From a virus (lineage: Duplodnaviria > Caudoviricetes): a stretch of DNA of 33,740 nucleotides. The translations under genes and the position numbers were made by a program. The stretch is taken from positions 1-33,740 of the IMG/VR virus record IMGVR_UViG_3300006854_000237; one strand, 5' to 3'. This document shows positions 1 through 9,248 of the stretch, piece after piece. The notes below the pieces were generated by a model. The model searched no databases. It was not told the origin of the DNA and worked only from the letters and a program-made list of their open reading frames with translations. The stretch's first letter is position 1. Every line of letters starts with the position of its first letter.

Positions 1-1
1 C

Positions 2-3000
2 GCCGAGGCGAAGGCGAAGGACCGATTTACCGACGCGCGGCAGACCTTGGCCGACCTCGCAGACGCCGAATACCCGAAGCTACAGAACGAGTGGGCCGAG
101 ATGGAGCGGACCGGCCGGGCAACCGCCTACGGCCCGCCGAGCTGGCGGCGGATTTTGGACCCCGATGACGCGCCGGACTTCGAGCTGCTGCGTACCATGC
201 GTCCCGAGTGGGGCTCAGCCCTCGACGAGCTGAAGGCCGCAGCGGAGCACGCGAACGAGACGCAGATCGCAGCACAGTCCGCGTACGACGAACAGGTGCG
301 GACCCGGGGTGAGGTGGACCGGGCGGAGAGGGCAGCGAAGAAGTCCGTGCCGCCGTCGCCGCTTCTCGAAACGCGCGCCGCATTCTCGCTCAACGCCGCG
401 CGCTTCCTGCTCGATGCGGCGGAGCGCGGGCACGATCATATCGCATGGTCGGACGCGGCCAACCGCGTGAAGGTTGCGTCCTTGCCCATCAAAGCGGCGA
501 AGCTCGTGTACGACGACATCACCAAGAGCGCCGTCGTGCGAATGCTCGGGAACCTCGGGTTCAAGAACGTGCCCGTGGATCGTGTCTTCATCCAAGGCTA
601 CGGCCACTGGCATGTCGAGCTAACGCCCGCGATGCGCTCGGCGATCCGCAAGGCTGGGCTCCCGATCCTGAGTGCGATGGCGATGACCGGGCTCTCCGCC
701 GAGGAGGCGAAGGCGCAAGGCACTGAGGGTGCGCCGGCCTCGCGCTCGCTCTACGGCACCTTGGCGGGTGGCCTCGTCGCGGGGGCGGCGCTCGCGACGC
801 TCCTCACCAGCAAGCGGATGCGGCGGCTTGTGAAGGAGAACCGCGAGCTGGGGACGGCGATCATGCGCGACGACCTGAGCGGGCTCGCGAACAAGCGGGC
901 GTTCACCGAGGCGCGCTCGGTCATCGACGCGGACCCGAGCATGGCGTGGGCGGCGTTCGACGCCGCGCAGTTCAAGCGGGTCAACGACGTCGCCGGCCAC
1001 GATGCCGGGGACAAGGCGATCCAGCGCTTCGGCCACGCCATCGCCGCTGCGGCGAAGGAGACGGGCGTCGACCTCCGCGCGTTCCGGCCGGGTGGCGACG
1101 AGTTCGCGGTCGCGGTCCCGAAGGAACGAGCGCAGGAGTTCATCGACGCCGTCGAGAAGCACTCGAAGCACACGGTCTCGGGGATCGAGACCCAGCTCCA
1201 CGGCATGGCGGCCGACACCTACGAGCAGGCGGATCAGCTCCTCAACCAGCGGAAGGACGACCTCCGCTCGCTCGGGCTCCTACAGGAGCGCCGGGCCAGC
1301 CGCTACCACGGGGCGACCGAGGCGGAGGTCGCGGGGCAGGAGGCGACCAACGCCGAGTTCGACGCGGCGCTCTCGAAGCTCAAGGCACAGGAGCCGCCGG
1401 CCACGGCCGAGGAGGCAAAGATCGTCTCCGACGCCATCGCCAAGGCGGAGCTGCCGAAGGATCTCCCGCCGGGGCTCCTCCTCCATGCCAACCCGATCGG
1501 CCCGGCGCTGCGCCAACTCTCGCGCTACCCGGCGGCGGCGGCGCTCATGGGCGTCGGCGCGGTCATGGGCGAGTCGGACAACGAGAACATCAAGCGGGCG
1601 TCCAAGCCCACCATCGCCCTCGGTGCGCTCTCGATGATCGGGAGCCACCGGCTCAAGGCGGCGAAGGACGTCTTCGGCGGCGGCGTGCTCAACCTTCTCA
1701 CGCGGACCGAGGCGGGGAAGCGGATGGTCGAGTTCTTCAACCCCGGCGCGCTCCTCTCCCCCGAAGCGAAGCAGGCGTTGGAGCAGTACCGACAGACGCA
1801 GGCGTACGGCCGCTCGGTCGCGCTCGAACACGGCCGCGCCGCCGAGCGCCTCGGCCCGGCGGGGAACCGGGCCGTCTCCGACGTGATCGAGAACGAGCAG
1901 TGGGAAGACCCGAACCAGTTCACCCCGCAGCAGATGCAGGACGTCCTTACGGTCGCTGCCGGCATCGAGCGCGAGGTGCGGAAGCTGACCGACGCCAAGG
2001 TGCAGCACGGCGTCCTCGAACCGACGCAGGCGATCCCCGGGTACCTCAAGCGCAAGTACGCGCAGTTCGACGCGCTCGACGCGGTGGCCGACCACCGGGC
2101 CGGTGGCGTGACGCAGGGGAAGACGATCGGGGCGGCCACCAAGAGTCGCGTGCTCGACGAGCCCATTCGCGCGGCCGAGGTGGAGCTGGCCGACGCGCGA
2201 GCGTCCGGCGATCCGGCGCGGGTCAAGGACGCCGAGGACGCGCTCACCGAGGCGCAGCTCGTCCAGCAGCAGCAGCGGGTCACGCTCGGCGAGATCCGTG
2301 AGGCGGGCTACCGGGCGTCGGCGACGTTCGACCAAGGGTGGCACGACGTCGCGGCGGCCAAGCTGCACGAGCAGCTTCGGGCGCAACCCGGTACGGTACA
2401 CCCGGGGTACGACAGTGAGCTGTCCAACTTCCTCGCCGCGCGCTCGCTCTACAAGGCGGCGAAGACGACCGCCGACCGCGACGCGGCGAAGGCGTTGATG
2501 GACGACTCCTTCGTCAAGCTCAAAGAGCTGAGCGACCGCTTCAAGGCCAAGGGCGGCGAGTGGCGGACGCTGCCCGACACGCGGAGCTACGGCGTGCTGC
2601 GCGGGATGCCGGTCACGCGGGCGGTGTACAACGAGATCGCGCCGGCCTTCGATCCGGGGAAGTGGGATCAGTTCCTCAACTTCTGGAAGCAGGCGAAGAC
2701 GATCTTCAACGTCGGCACCTCGGTCGGCAACGTCGCCTCGAACGTCGCCTTCGCGCACATGGAGGGGATGCACCTGTTCGAGCAGCCGCTGTGGCTCAAG
2801 CGCGCGCTCTCCGATCTCAAGGCGTACGGGCCGGCGACCCGGCACCTCTCCGAGACCGGCGTGCTCGAAGCCTCGGCGACGTTCAGCCCGAACGAGGTGC
2901 GGAACCCGCGCGCCCAGCGGAGCGAGGAGGGGTTAGGCGAGCTGCTCCAGACGACGCGCCCCGAGACGCAGCGCGTCCTCCGCGAGCGCGGCATCACCGA

Positions 3001-4174
3001 GCAGTCGGTCGCCGCGCGCAAGCGGCGCGGGACGGCCACGCGCGCAGCGGTTGGCGCGGCCGTGGGCGCGGGGCTCCTCGCCGACAACGAGAACCCGGAA
3101 GACGCCGCGCTCGGGGCGACGTTAGGCGGGCTGGCCGGGGCGGCGCTCAATCCGCGCGTCCGGGCGTTCATCCGGCGCGGTTACGCGAACGAGGACAACC
3201 TGTTTCGCATCGCGCTGTACATGAAGCAGGTCGCGGAGGGGATGCCCAAGGACGCGGCGGCCGTCAACGCCAAGCGCGCGTTAGGCGACATGGCCGCGCC
3301 GCAGTCGCCGGCCACGCAGATGATCCGCCGCACGGTCTCACCGTTCTTCCTCTACCCGCTGCGGGCAGTGCCGCGCTTCGCGTCCCAGATGATCGACCAC
3401 CCGTGGCGCTACGCGACGCTGATGGGCGCGTTCGCCGCGCTCGATCTCTACGCGCGCAAGCAGGTCGGGCCGGTCGAGGAGCGCGACATCGCGCCGCAGG
3501 ACCGCCGCGACAACTTCGGCTACTTCCTCCCCGGCTTCACCCAGCTCCCGTTCATGAACGAGCGGGGCGAGAAGGCGAACGCCGACATGGCGCGCTGGAC
3601 GCCGCTCTCCTCGATGACGTCCTCCGCGCCCCCGGGCACCACGGGCGGGGCGATCTCGGATCAGTTCCCGGCATTCCTCCAGCCGAGCGGTCCGCTGCTC
3701 GACATCGGCGCGCGGGCCGTGGCGAACGCCGATCCGTTCAGCGGCAAGCCGGTCGTCAAGAAAGACTACCCGTTAGGCGAGAACATCGCGGGGCTTCTGC
3801 ACCAAGCGGCCGAGGTGGCCGCGCCCTCGATGCTCGCCTTCCACCGGGAGCGCTTGCAGACCGACATCAACAACCGCGATTGGGACAAGTTCAAGAACGA
3901 CGTGTTAGGCCCCACGGGAATGCGGCCCCGGTTCACGCGGCCGGGAGCACAGGTCCAGCGCGCCGTGTATCAATTAGAGGATGACCTCACCGCGATGAAG
4001 CGGGAGTTCAATCAGGCGATGATCGCCAACAAGAATCCCGAGCACGCGAAGGAGATCGTGGACACGTACCTGCACCGCGTCTCGTCCGCGCTCTCGCACT
4101 TCAGCGATCGGATGGGGCCACCGCCGGCCGACGTCGTGCGCCGGGCGATGGACACGCAAGTTACGCCACCCTAA
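2..4174 (+). CDS. Giant virion-associated (ejection/internal) polyvalent protein with GGDEF domain; 5'-truncated by the window
   Basis: The frame is open from nt 2 (AEAKAKDRFTDARQTL...), giving >1390 aa. It is Ala-rich, helical, has several Gly/Ala hydrophobic segments and lies immediately upstream of the lysis genes, where podovirus internal virion proteins usually sit. It contains a GGDEF domain. Confidence 0.75.
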   Translation, partial: AEAKAKDRFTDARQTLADLADAEYPKLQNEWAEMERTGRATAYGPPSWRRILDPDDAPDFELLRTMRPEWGSALDELKAAAEHANETQIAAQSAYDEQVRTRGEVDRAERAAKKSVPPSPLLETRAAFSLNAARFLLDAAERGHDHIAWSDAANRVKVASLPIKAAKLVYDDITKSAVVRMLGNLGFKNVPVDRVFIQGYGHWHVELTPAMRSAIRKAGLPILSAMAMTGLSAEEAKAQGTEGAPASRSLYGTLAGGLVAGAALATLLTSKRMRRLVKENRELGTAIMRDDLSGLANKRAFTEARSVIDADPSMAWAAFDAAQFKRVNDVAGHDAGDKAIQRFGHAIAAAAKETGVDLRAFRPGGDEFAVAVPKERAQEFIDAVEKHSKHTVSGIETQLHGMAADTYEQADQLLNQRKDDLRSLGLLQERRASRYHGATEAEVAGQEATNAEFDAALSKLKAQEPPATAEEAKIVSDAIAKAELPKDLPPGLLLHANPIGPALRQLSRYPAAAALMGVGAVMGESDNENIKRASKPTIALGALSMIGSHRLKAAKDVFGGGVLNLLTRTEAGKRMVEFFNPGALLSPEAKQALEQYRQTQAYGRSVALEHGRAAERLGPAGNRAVSDVIENEQWEDPNQFTPQQMQDVLTVAAGIEREVRKLTDAKVQHGVLEPTQAIPGYLKRKYAQFDALDAVADHRAGGVTQGKTIGAATKSRVLDEPIRAAEVELADARASGDPARVKDAEDALTEAQLVQQQQRVTLGEIREAGYRASATFDQGWHDVAAAKLHEQLRAQPGTVHPGYDSELSNFLAARSLYKAAKTTADRDAAKALMDDSFVKLKELSDRFKAKGGEWRTLPDTRSYGVLRGMPVTRAVYNEIAPAFDPGKWDQFLNFWKQAKTIFNVGTSVGNVASNVAFAHMEGMHLFEQPLWLKRALSDLKAYGPATRHLSETGVLEASATFSPNEVRNPRAQRSEEGLGELLQTTRPETQRVLRERGITEQSVAARKRRGTATRAAVGAAVGAGLLADNENPEDAALGATLGGLAGAALNPRVRAFIRRGYANEDNLFRIALYMKQVAEGMPKDAAAVNAKRALGDMAAPQSPATQMIRRTVSPFFLYPLRAVPRFASQMIDHPWRYATLMGAFAALDLYARKQVGPVEERDIAPQDRRDNFGYFLPGFTQLPFMNERGEKANADMARWTPLSSMTSSAPPGTTGGAISDQFPAFLQPSGPLLDIGARAVANADPFSGKPVVKKDYPLGENIAGLLHQAAEVAAPSMLAFHRERLQTDINNRDWDKFKNDVLGPTGMRPRFTRPGAQVQRAVYQLEDDLTAMKREFNQAMIANKNPEHAKEIVDTYLHRVSSALSHFSDRMGPPPADVVRRAMDTQVTPP
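869..1267 (+). other. GGDEF (diguanylate cyclase) domain within the giant protein
   Basis: Motifs in canonical order: DDLSGLANKRAF; AAFDAAQFKRVNDVAGHDAGD; FRPGGDEFAV (GGDEF at 1091-1105); EQADQLLNQRKDDLR. Confidence 0.92.
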
Positions 4175-4192
4175 CGCGCGTGGGGGGAGGGG

Positions 4193-4543
4193 ATGACAGA
4201 CAATGGGCTCTTTAAGACGCGGCAGAAAATCATCCTGTTCTTCGGCGTCATCGCTACCCTGTTCGGTTTCGCGGCGCTCGCGGCGGAGCTGTGGCGCACA
4301 TGGACCAACGTCGAGGGCATCCGCGTCAAGTTCCTCGGCCTCGCCAGCGTCATCACGTTAGGCGGCTTGGTGCTGATCCAGACGCTCGCGCCCCTCACGG
4401 TCGTGCGATTGTTCGGGGAGTACCTCCGCGCGCGCTACGTCGGCGGCCGGCGCGCGAGCGATCCGCCACCCGATACCGCGCCGCCCCCGGTGCCCCGCCA
4501 CAAATGGCCGGACGTGCCGCCCCGTCCCCCGAGAGGTGACTGA
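4193..4543 (+). CDS. Putative holin / small membrane protein
   Basis: 116 aa with two hydrophobic segments (IILFFGVIATLFGFAALAA; FLGLASVITLGGLVLI) and a charged Pro-rich tail. GGAGG RBS upstream; stop overlaps the endolysin start. Confidence 0.6.
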   Translation: MTDNGLFKTRQKIILFFGVIATLFGFAALAAELWRTWTNVEGIRVKFLGLASVITLGGLVLIQTLAPLTVVRLFGEYLRARYVGGRRASDPPPDTAPPPVPRHKWPDVPPRPPRGD

Positions 4544-5256
4544 TGCAGGACGCCCATCTCTACTGCGTGCCCTCCGGCGCGCGCGGCTTCGATTGCAACT
4601 TCCACGTCACGCCCGAGATCGCACGGCAGCGCCGGGCGAAGGGCGAGACCTTCTGCGCGCGCTACGTGCGGCGCGAGCAGCGTCACGACTACGACCTCAC
4701 GCGGAGCGAGGTCGACACGATCTTGAACGCGGGGCTCGGGCTGATCGTCGTCCAGCACGTCGCGCCGGAGGGCTGGGTGCCGAGCGCCGCGCTCGGCGTC
4801 AAGTACGGCACGATCGCGGCGGACGAAACGACGACGCTCCTCCTGCCGCCGGGTACGATGGTGACGCTCGACCTCGAAGGCGTGAAGGTCGGGACGCCCG
4901 CGCGCGAGGTCATCGCGTACTGCAACAACTGGCACTCGGTCGTCGCGAGCGCGGGCTTCATGCCGCTGCTCTACGTCGGCTTCGATCCGGGGCTGACGGC
5001 GAAGCAGCTCTACCACGACCTGCGCTTCACTCGCTATTGGGGCGCGTACAACATCCGTGAGCGCTGGGTGCCGGCGGTCCGGGGCTTCTGTCTCCAGCAG
5101 GGGACCGACCCCAACCACGACTTCGACCGCGACGTCGCGACGACGGACGCGCTCGGTGGCTGCGCGGTCGTGTTGGCGCGCGCCGGCTGGACCGGCCGCC
5201 AGCGCACGGGCGTGGCCCGTAAACGGCGTAAACGCGCCAAGGCTACCACCCGGTAG
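4543..5256 (+). CDS. Endolysin, DUF1906 / GH25-like glycoside hydrolase (Rv2525c-like)
   Basis: GFDC...FCARYV...LTRSEVDTILNAGLGLIVVQ...LPPGTMVTLDLEG...AGFMPLLYVG matches the DUF1906 pattern; adjacent to the holin-like gene. Confidence 0.8.
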   Translation: MQDAHLYCVPSGARGFDCNFHVTPEIARQRRAKGETFCARYVRREQRHDYDLTRSEVDTILNAGLGLIVVQHVAPEGWVPSAALGVKYGTIAADETTTLLLPPGTMVTLDLEGVKVGTPAREVIAYCNNWHSVVASAGFMPLLYVGFDPGLTAKQLYHDLRFTRYWGAYNIRERWVPAVRGFCLQQGTDPNHDFDRDVATTDALGGCAVVLARAGWTGRQRTGVARKRRKRAKATTR

Positions 5257-5280
5257 CCCTCACTCATTCGGGAGGCTGTC

Positions 5281-5544
5281 ATGCGGAAATACGGGATCGG
5301 TGAACCTTCGGCCATCGAGCAGGTCAGCGCCCCCAGCTACTCGGGGCACCGCAAGCTGGGGGCGGCGCTGCCCTCGGTCGACCTCAAGGTGGTCGCCCCG
5401 CTGATCTGGTCGTGGATTCACGCGAAGGGGCACGAGAAGATCGTCACGTTCCGCGTGGCGTTCTTCACCAAGACGCTCTATTGGGACAGCCCCGAGGTGC
5501 ACTTCCTCGCCGAGCGTATCCTCGGCACCGACACGGGGGCGTAA
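5281..5544 (+). CDS. Hypothetical protein
   Basis: GGGAGG RBS upstream of the ATG, phage-like codon usage, 87 aa. Confidence 0.7.
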   Translation: MRKYGIGEPSAIEQVSAPSYSGHRKLGAALPSVDLKVVAPLIWSWIHAKGHEKIVTFRVAFFTKTLYWDSPEVHFLAERILGTDTGA

Positions 5545-5562
5545 GGAGGGGGCGAGATCGCC

Positions 5563-5591
5563 TTGCATGGGGGCCGCCCGGCCCCCATCTT
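5563..5591 (+). promoter_or_regulatory. Possible sigma70-type promoter with overlapping inverted repeat (alternatively a terminator hairpin)
   Basis: TTGCAT(5563-5568)-17 nt-CATCTT(5586-5591). Inverted repeat ATGGGGGCC/GGCCCCCAT spans 5567-5588, upstream of the recombination operon. Confidence 0.35.
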
Positions 5592-5631
5592 ACGGCGTCC
5601 CGTTCCACGTTTCCATCACATGGAGAACCGT

Positions 5632-6663
5632 ATGACGAACGTGCTCACGTTCCCCGGGCCTGCCCGCACGCAGTACATCGGCGGGTCCGACATCGGCGCG
5701 CTGCTCGGCGTCAACCCGTACAAGACGCCGCTCCAGCTCTACCGCGAGAAAGTGGGGCTCGACGAGCCGGCGGCCGACAACCCGCACACGAAGCGCGGGA
5801 TCGCGCTCGAAAGCGTGGCGGCTGAGTGGTACGCGAAAGAGACCAGCATCAAGCTCCGCCGCTCGAACAAGTTCCTCCGCCACCCGCAGCACGAGTTCAT
5901 CGGCGGTCACATGGACCGCGAGCTGGTTGGTCGCGACGCGATGGCGGAGATCAAATGCCCGTCGTTAGGTGCATGGTCCAAGCTCAAGCGCGAGGGGCTG
6001 CGCCCGGACTACGTCGCGCAGATGCAGTGGTACCTCGGGCTCTCCGGCAAAGAGTTCGGGGTGTGGATCATCTTCTGCGCCGACCAGTGGGACGGGCTCC
6101 ACTGGACGCTCTCGGCGGATTACCCGATGTTCGAGAAGATGGTCGAGAAGGCGACGGAGTTCTGGTACAACCACGTCATCCCGCGCGTGCCGCCTTCACC
6201 GACCGACGACGACACGGAGCGCCTGACGATCGAAGCGCAGGGCGGCACGGCCGTGCGGCGCGACGACCCCGAGTTCGTCGAAGCAATGCGACTGCTGCGC
6301 GAGGCGAAGACGCTGAGCAAAGAGGCCGCGCAGATCGAGGAGACGGCGAAGGAACGCATCCTCGCGCTCGTGAACGAGGAGCCGAACTGCTACACCGGCC
6401 CGGGCTATCGCGCGTACCTGCGGCTCAACGAGGGGCGCACCACGTTCGACAAGAAAGCGCTCGCTGCGAACCGGCCGCTCGATCGTACGAGCGTCTGGGC
6501 TGAGCTGATCCCGGCACTGCATCGGCTTGCGCCGCTCGCGCTGCCCGAGCAGATCGAGGAGGTTGTCGCCACGGTCGGTAAGTGCCATCTCGACCTCGCC
6601 AAGTTCGAGAAGCAGGGCAAGCCGTTCACGTCGCTGCGTCCGTACTTCACGGGAGGCGACTGA
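5632..6663 (+). CDS. YqaJ-like (lambda-exonuclease family) viral recombinase exonuclease
   Basis: IGGSDIGALLGVNPYKTPLQLYREK, RGIALE, FIGGHMDR, AEIKC, YVAQMQWYL. GGAG RBS before ATG 5632; upstream of recT. Confidence 0.92.
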   Translation: MTNVLTFPGPARTQYIGGSDIGALLGVNPYKTPLQLYREKVGLDEPAADNPHTKRGIALESVAAEWYAKETSIKLRRSNKFLRHPQHEFIGGHMDRELVGRDAMAEIKCPSLGAWSKLKREGLRPDYVAQMQWYLGLSGKEFGVWIIFCADQWDGLHWTLSADYPMFEKMVEKATEFWYNHVIPRVPPSPTDDDTERLTIEAQGGTAVRRDDPEFVEAMRLLREAKTLSKEAAQIEETAKERILALVNEEPNCYTGPGYRAYLRLNEGRTTFDKKALAANRPLDRTSVWAELIPALHRLAPLALPEQIEEVVATVGKCHLDLAKFEKQGKPFTSLRPYFTGGD

Positions 6664-6664
6664 C

Positions 6665-7549
6665 ATGGGCGTTCAACTCTCTCCCGAGGTCCGTACGGGC
6701 GTCGTCGCACTGTTCCAGCAGGATGCCCCGCTGACGAAGATTCTGGCGAAGGCCGAGTCCTCGATCGCGCAGGCGATGCGCGGGCCGATCGAAGCACCGC
6801 AGCTCATTCGCGCGGCGCTCTTGCAGGTCTCCATGACCCCGGCGCTCCAGCAGTGCGACAAGCTGTCGATCGTGCAGTCGGTGATGCAGGCCGCTTCGCT
6901 CGGGCTCATGGTCGGCGGCCCCACCGGCGAGGCGGCGCTCGTGCCGCGCAAGAAAAAGTGCGTGCTCATGCCGATGGTGCGCGGGCTGGTCGCCCTCGCG
7001 CAGCGCTCGAAGACGGTCATCGCCATCCCGGCGCACCCGGTCTACACCGGCGACCGCTTCAGCGTGCAGCTCGGCAGCGAGCTGCGGATCGTGCACGAGC
7101 CCGACCTCAACCGGAAGGGGCAGGTCGATGAGAACATCACACACGTCTACGCCATCGTCATCACGCCCTCGGGGTTCCGCGATCCGCACTGGATGACACG
7201 CGACGAGGTGGAGGAGATCCGGCAGGTGTCGTCGGCCAAGGATGACGGCCCGTGGGTGCAGTGGTGGGCGGACATGGCGATTAAGACCGTCGTGAAGCGA
7301 GCGACGAAGCGTTACGACCTCTCGCCCGAGTTTCGCGCAGCCGTGGAGCTGGATAACCGCTTCGAGACGGGGCGCATCAACGAGCCGACGCCGCTGCTCG
7401 ACACGGCGGAGGAGGTCGAGGCCACGGTCATCGAGCGCACGCAGGAGCGCTCGGACGCACTCCGCGAGAAGCTGGGTGTGGGGAAGCAGTGCGAAGCGTG
7501 CGGCGCAAGGCCGGGCGAGGCGCACAAGGGCGAGTGCCCCTATGCCTAA
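6665..7549 (+). CDS. recT: RecT-family single-strand annealing protein
   Basis: LQQCDKLSIVQSVMQAASLGL, EAALVP, RGLVALAQRS, GPWVQWWADMAIKTVVKR. C-terminal CEAC...HKGEC Zn-like tail. Confidence 0.92.
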   Translation: MGVQLSPEVRTGVVALFQQDAPLTKILAKAESSIAQAMRGPIEAPQLIRAALLQVSMTPALQQCDKLSIVQSVMQAASLGLMVGGPTGEAALVPRKKKCVLMPMVRGLVALAQRSKTVIAIPAHPVYTGDRFSVQLGSELRIVHEPDLNRKGQVDENITHVYAIVITPSGFRDPHWMTRDEVEEIRQVSSAKDDGPWVQWWADMAIKTVVKRATKRYDLSPEFRAAVELDNRFETGRINEPTPLLDTAEEVEATVIERTQERSDALREKLGVGKQCEACGARPGEAHKGECPYA

Positions 7550-7859
7550 CAAGCGTGAGTGGCCCTCAGTGGTCGACGTCGGTACCCTGCGGGAGAACGC
7601 GCACATCCCCGACAGTGAGGTGGCCGAGACCCTTGTGCTCACCGAGGCGGAGATCGAGCACATGGAGAAGGTCGCGGCCGCGTATCAGGTCATCGCCGAT
7701 CACCACCCTGACGAGCACGAGCGGCGACTCGCGCATTTCCGTTCGGGCGCGATTCGTGTCCACATCGACGATCGGACGAAGTTCGTGGCGTTTCTCAGGT
7801 CACTCCAGCGCGCGAGGAGGGCTCATGGCACAGCGAAAGACAAAGCGCCAGCTCGCTGA
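7542..7859 (+). CDS. Hypothetical protein
   Basis: ATG overlaps the recT end; coherent codon usage (MPNKREWPSVV...). Confidence 0.65.
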   Translation: MPNKREWPSVVDVGTLRENAHIPDSEVAETLVLTEAEIEHMEKVAAAYQVIADHHPDEHERRLAHFRSGAIRVHIDDRTKFVAFLRSLQRARRAHGTAKDKAPAR

Positions 7860-8154
7860 CGAGGCGTGGCACCGGGCGCAGGAAAAGCTGGCGTTGGTCG
7901 AGGAGCCGCAGCGGCCGGCCAACTACCTCCGGCTCGCGGCCGTGCCGGCCTCGTGCCCACAGTGCGGGAACGCGAAGAAGTGGCAGTGGTCCACCATGTT
8001 CGGCGACCTGCTCCAGTGCAACTCCTGCGCGCAGTTGATCGAGGTGCCGCGCGCCGCGTTCATCGGGTACCTCGAAGCGCTGCACGCCTACTACGCGATG
8101 CTCAACGCGCCGAAGCCCAAGGCCACGGGCAAGCGGACGCGCGGGGCGCGATGA
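7825..8154 (+). CDS. Hypothetical Zn-ribbon protein
   Basis: GAGGAGG RBS; CPQC...CNSC motif. Confidence 0.7.
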   Translation: MAQRKTKRQLADEAWHRAQEKLALVEEPQRPANYLRLAAVPASCPQCGNAKKWQWSTMFGDLLQCNSCAQLIEVPRAAFIGYLEALHAYYAMLNAPKPKATGKRTRGAR

Positions 8155-8450
8155 CCGAGCGGCGCGAACGGCTGGAGCAGGGCGTGACGTACGCCTATGC
8201 CGTGGGCGACGGCATCCAGCTTCGCGTGGGCAAGAGCCGGCTGGTCAATGGCCGGTTCGCGCTCACGCTGTTCTACCCGCAGAAGTCGCCAGAGGAAGCG
8301 CTCGTCGGCGTTCTGCGGAACGAGAGCGCGGCCGTGGCACTGGTCGCGTTCCTCGATGCCCTCACCGAGTCCGTGCAAGTCGCCATCAACCATCACACCC
8401 ATCACGATGCCAAAGACCAAGGGCACGACCCCGGACCAACTGGAGCTTAG
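8151..8450 (+). CDS. Hypothetical protein
   Basis: ATGA overlap with the previous stop (MTERRERLEQG...). Confidence 0.6.
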   Translation: MTERRERLEQGVTYAYAVGDGIQLRVGKSRLVNGRFALTLFYPQKSPEEALVGVLRNESAAVALVAFLDALTESVQVAINHHTHHDAKDQGHDPGPTGA

Positions 8451-8907
8451 CGCGCACGCGCGCCGCACCGATCCCGCGACCAGCCAGCAGGCCGCCCTCG
8501 ACGTCACCAACCTCCGCGCCAGTCAGGCGCGCATCCTCCAGATGTTCCGCCTGTACGGGGACATGCACGACAAGCAGCTCGAAGCCTATCTGCACGACGC
8601 CGAGCGCGCCGCTGGCGTGCGGCTCATGTCGTCGTCAGGCATCCGCTCGCGGCGCAGCGAGCTGGCGAAGCCGAACATGGAGCGGCTGGAGCAGCTCGTT
8701 CAGGAACTGGTCCAGACCTACGACACGAATTACGAATTGCAGAAGCGCCTCGGCCGGGCACTCAGTTGGGACGACCGAGGCCGGGATCTCATGGACCGCG
8801 CGCGGGATCGGCTGCGTATCGAGGGCTTGCGCTCCCCGCTCTGGGACACGGGCCGCCGGGTCGTGGTCGACGGGCGCTCGTGCATCGTCTGGGGGCTCGC
8901 GAAATAA
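8407..8907 (+). CDS. Phage winged-helix-like DNA-binding protein
   Basis: HARRTDPATSQQAA N-terminal motif, SGIRSRRSEL and a terminal DTGRR...GRSCIVW, typical of a common phage wHTH family. Confidence 0.65.
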   Translation: MPKTKGTTPDQLELSAHARRTDPATSQQAALDVTNLRASQARILQMFRLYGDMHDKQLEAYLHDAERAAGVRLMSSSGIRSRRSELAKPNMERLEQLVQELVQTYDTNYELQKRLGRALSWDDRGRDLMDRARDRLRIEGLRSPLWDTGRRVVVDGRSCIVWGLAK

Positions 8908-9248
8908 TGTGCGACGCCTGCCGCGCGCGGATCGACGCCGCGCTCAGTGAAGCCTCGGTCGCCGACGTGCTGGCGTTCGAGCAATTCGTCGAGGCGCTCT
9001 CGGCGCGCCAGCAGCAGACGATCATACGCGGCCTCTGGTGCAGCGAGATCGTCGAGGATCGAGAGGAGAAGGGCTTCGAGGAAGGTGAGGCGTCCGCTGA
9101 GTTCGAGTGGAGGCGTATGCTCGAACCGATTTGTCAGGAGCTGGAGATCGCGGTGGCGCTGGAGATCGCAGCCACCGGCAACCCCCCGACCGACTCGCCG
9201 CTCGGGCGACTCGATAAGGCCATCATCGAATTACGAGGGTTACTCTGA
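8907..9248 (+). CDS. Hypothetical protein
   Basis: TAATG overlap with the upstream gene and TGATG overlap with the downstream gene. Confidence 0.65.
   Translation: MCDACRARIDAALSEASVADVLAFEQFVEALSARQQQTIIRGLWCSEIVEDREEKGFEEGEASAEFEWRRMLEPICQELEIAVALEIAATGNPPTDSPLGRLDKAIIELRGLL

Noticed and set aside
869-1267. Possibility that the GGDEF is a Hypr-type 3',3'-cGAMP synthase
   Set aside because: The specificity position in GHDAGD is Asp (GTP-specific type), not the Ser/Thr of Hypr enzymes.
946-3984. Long alternative-frame and antisense ORFs overlapping the giant gene (946-2301, 1280-2845, 2560-3984) and similar shadows elsewhere (e.g. 30138-31847, most of 26601-28481)
   Set aside because: Arg/Pro/Gly-rich translations with no motifs are expected from stop-codon scarcity at ~70% GC; the main frames carry the recognisable domains.
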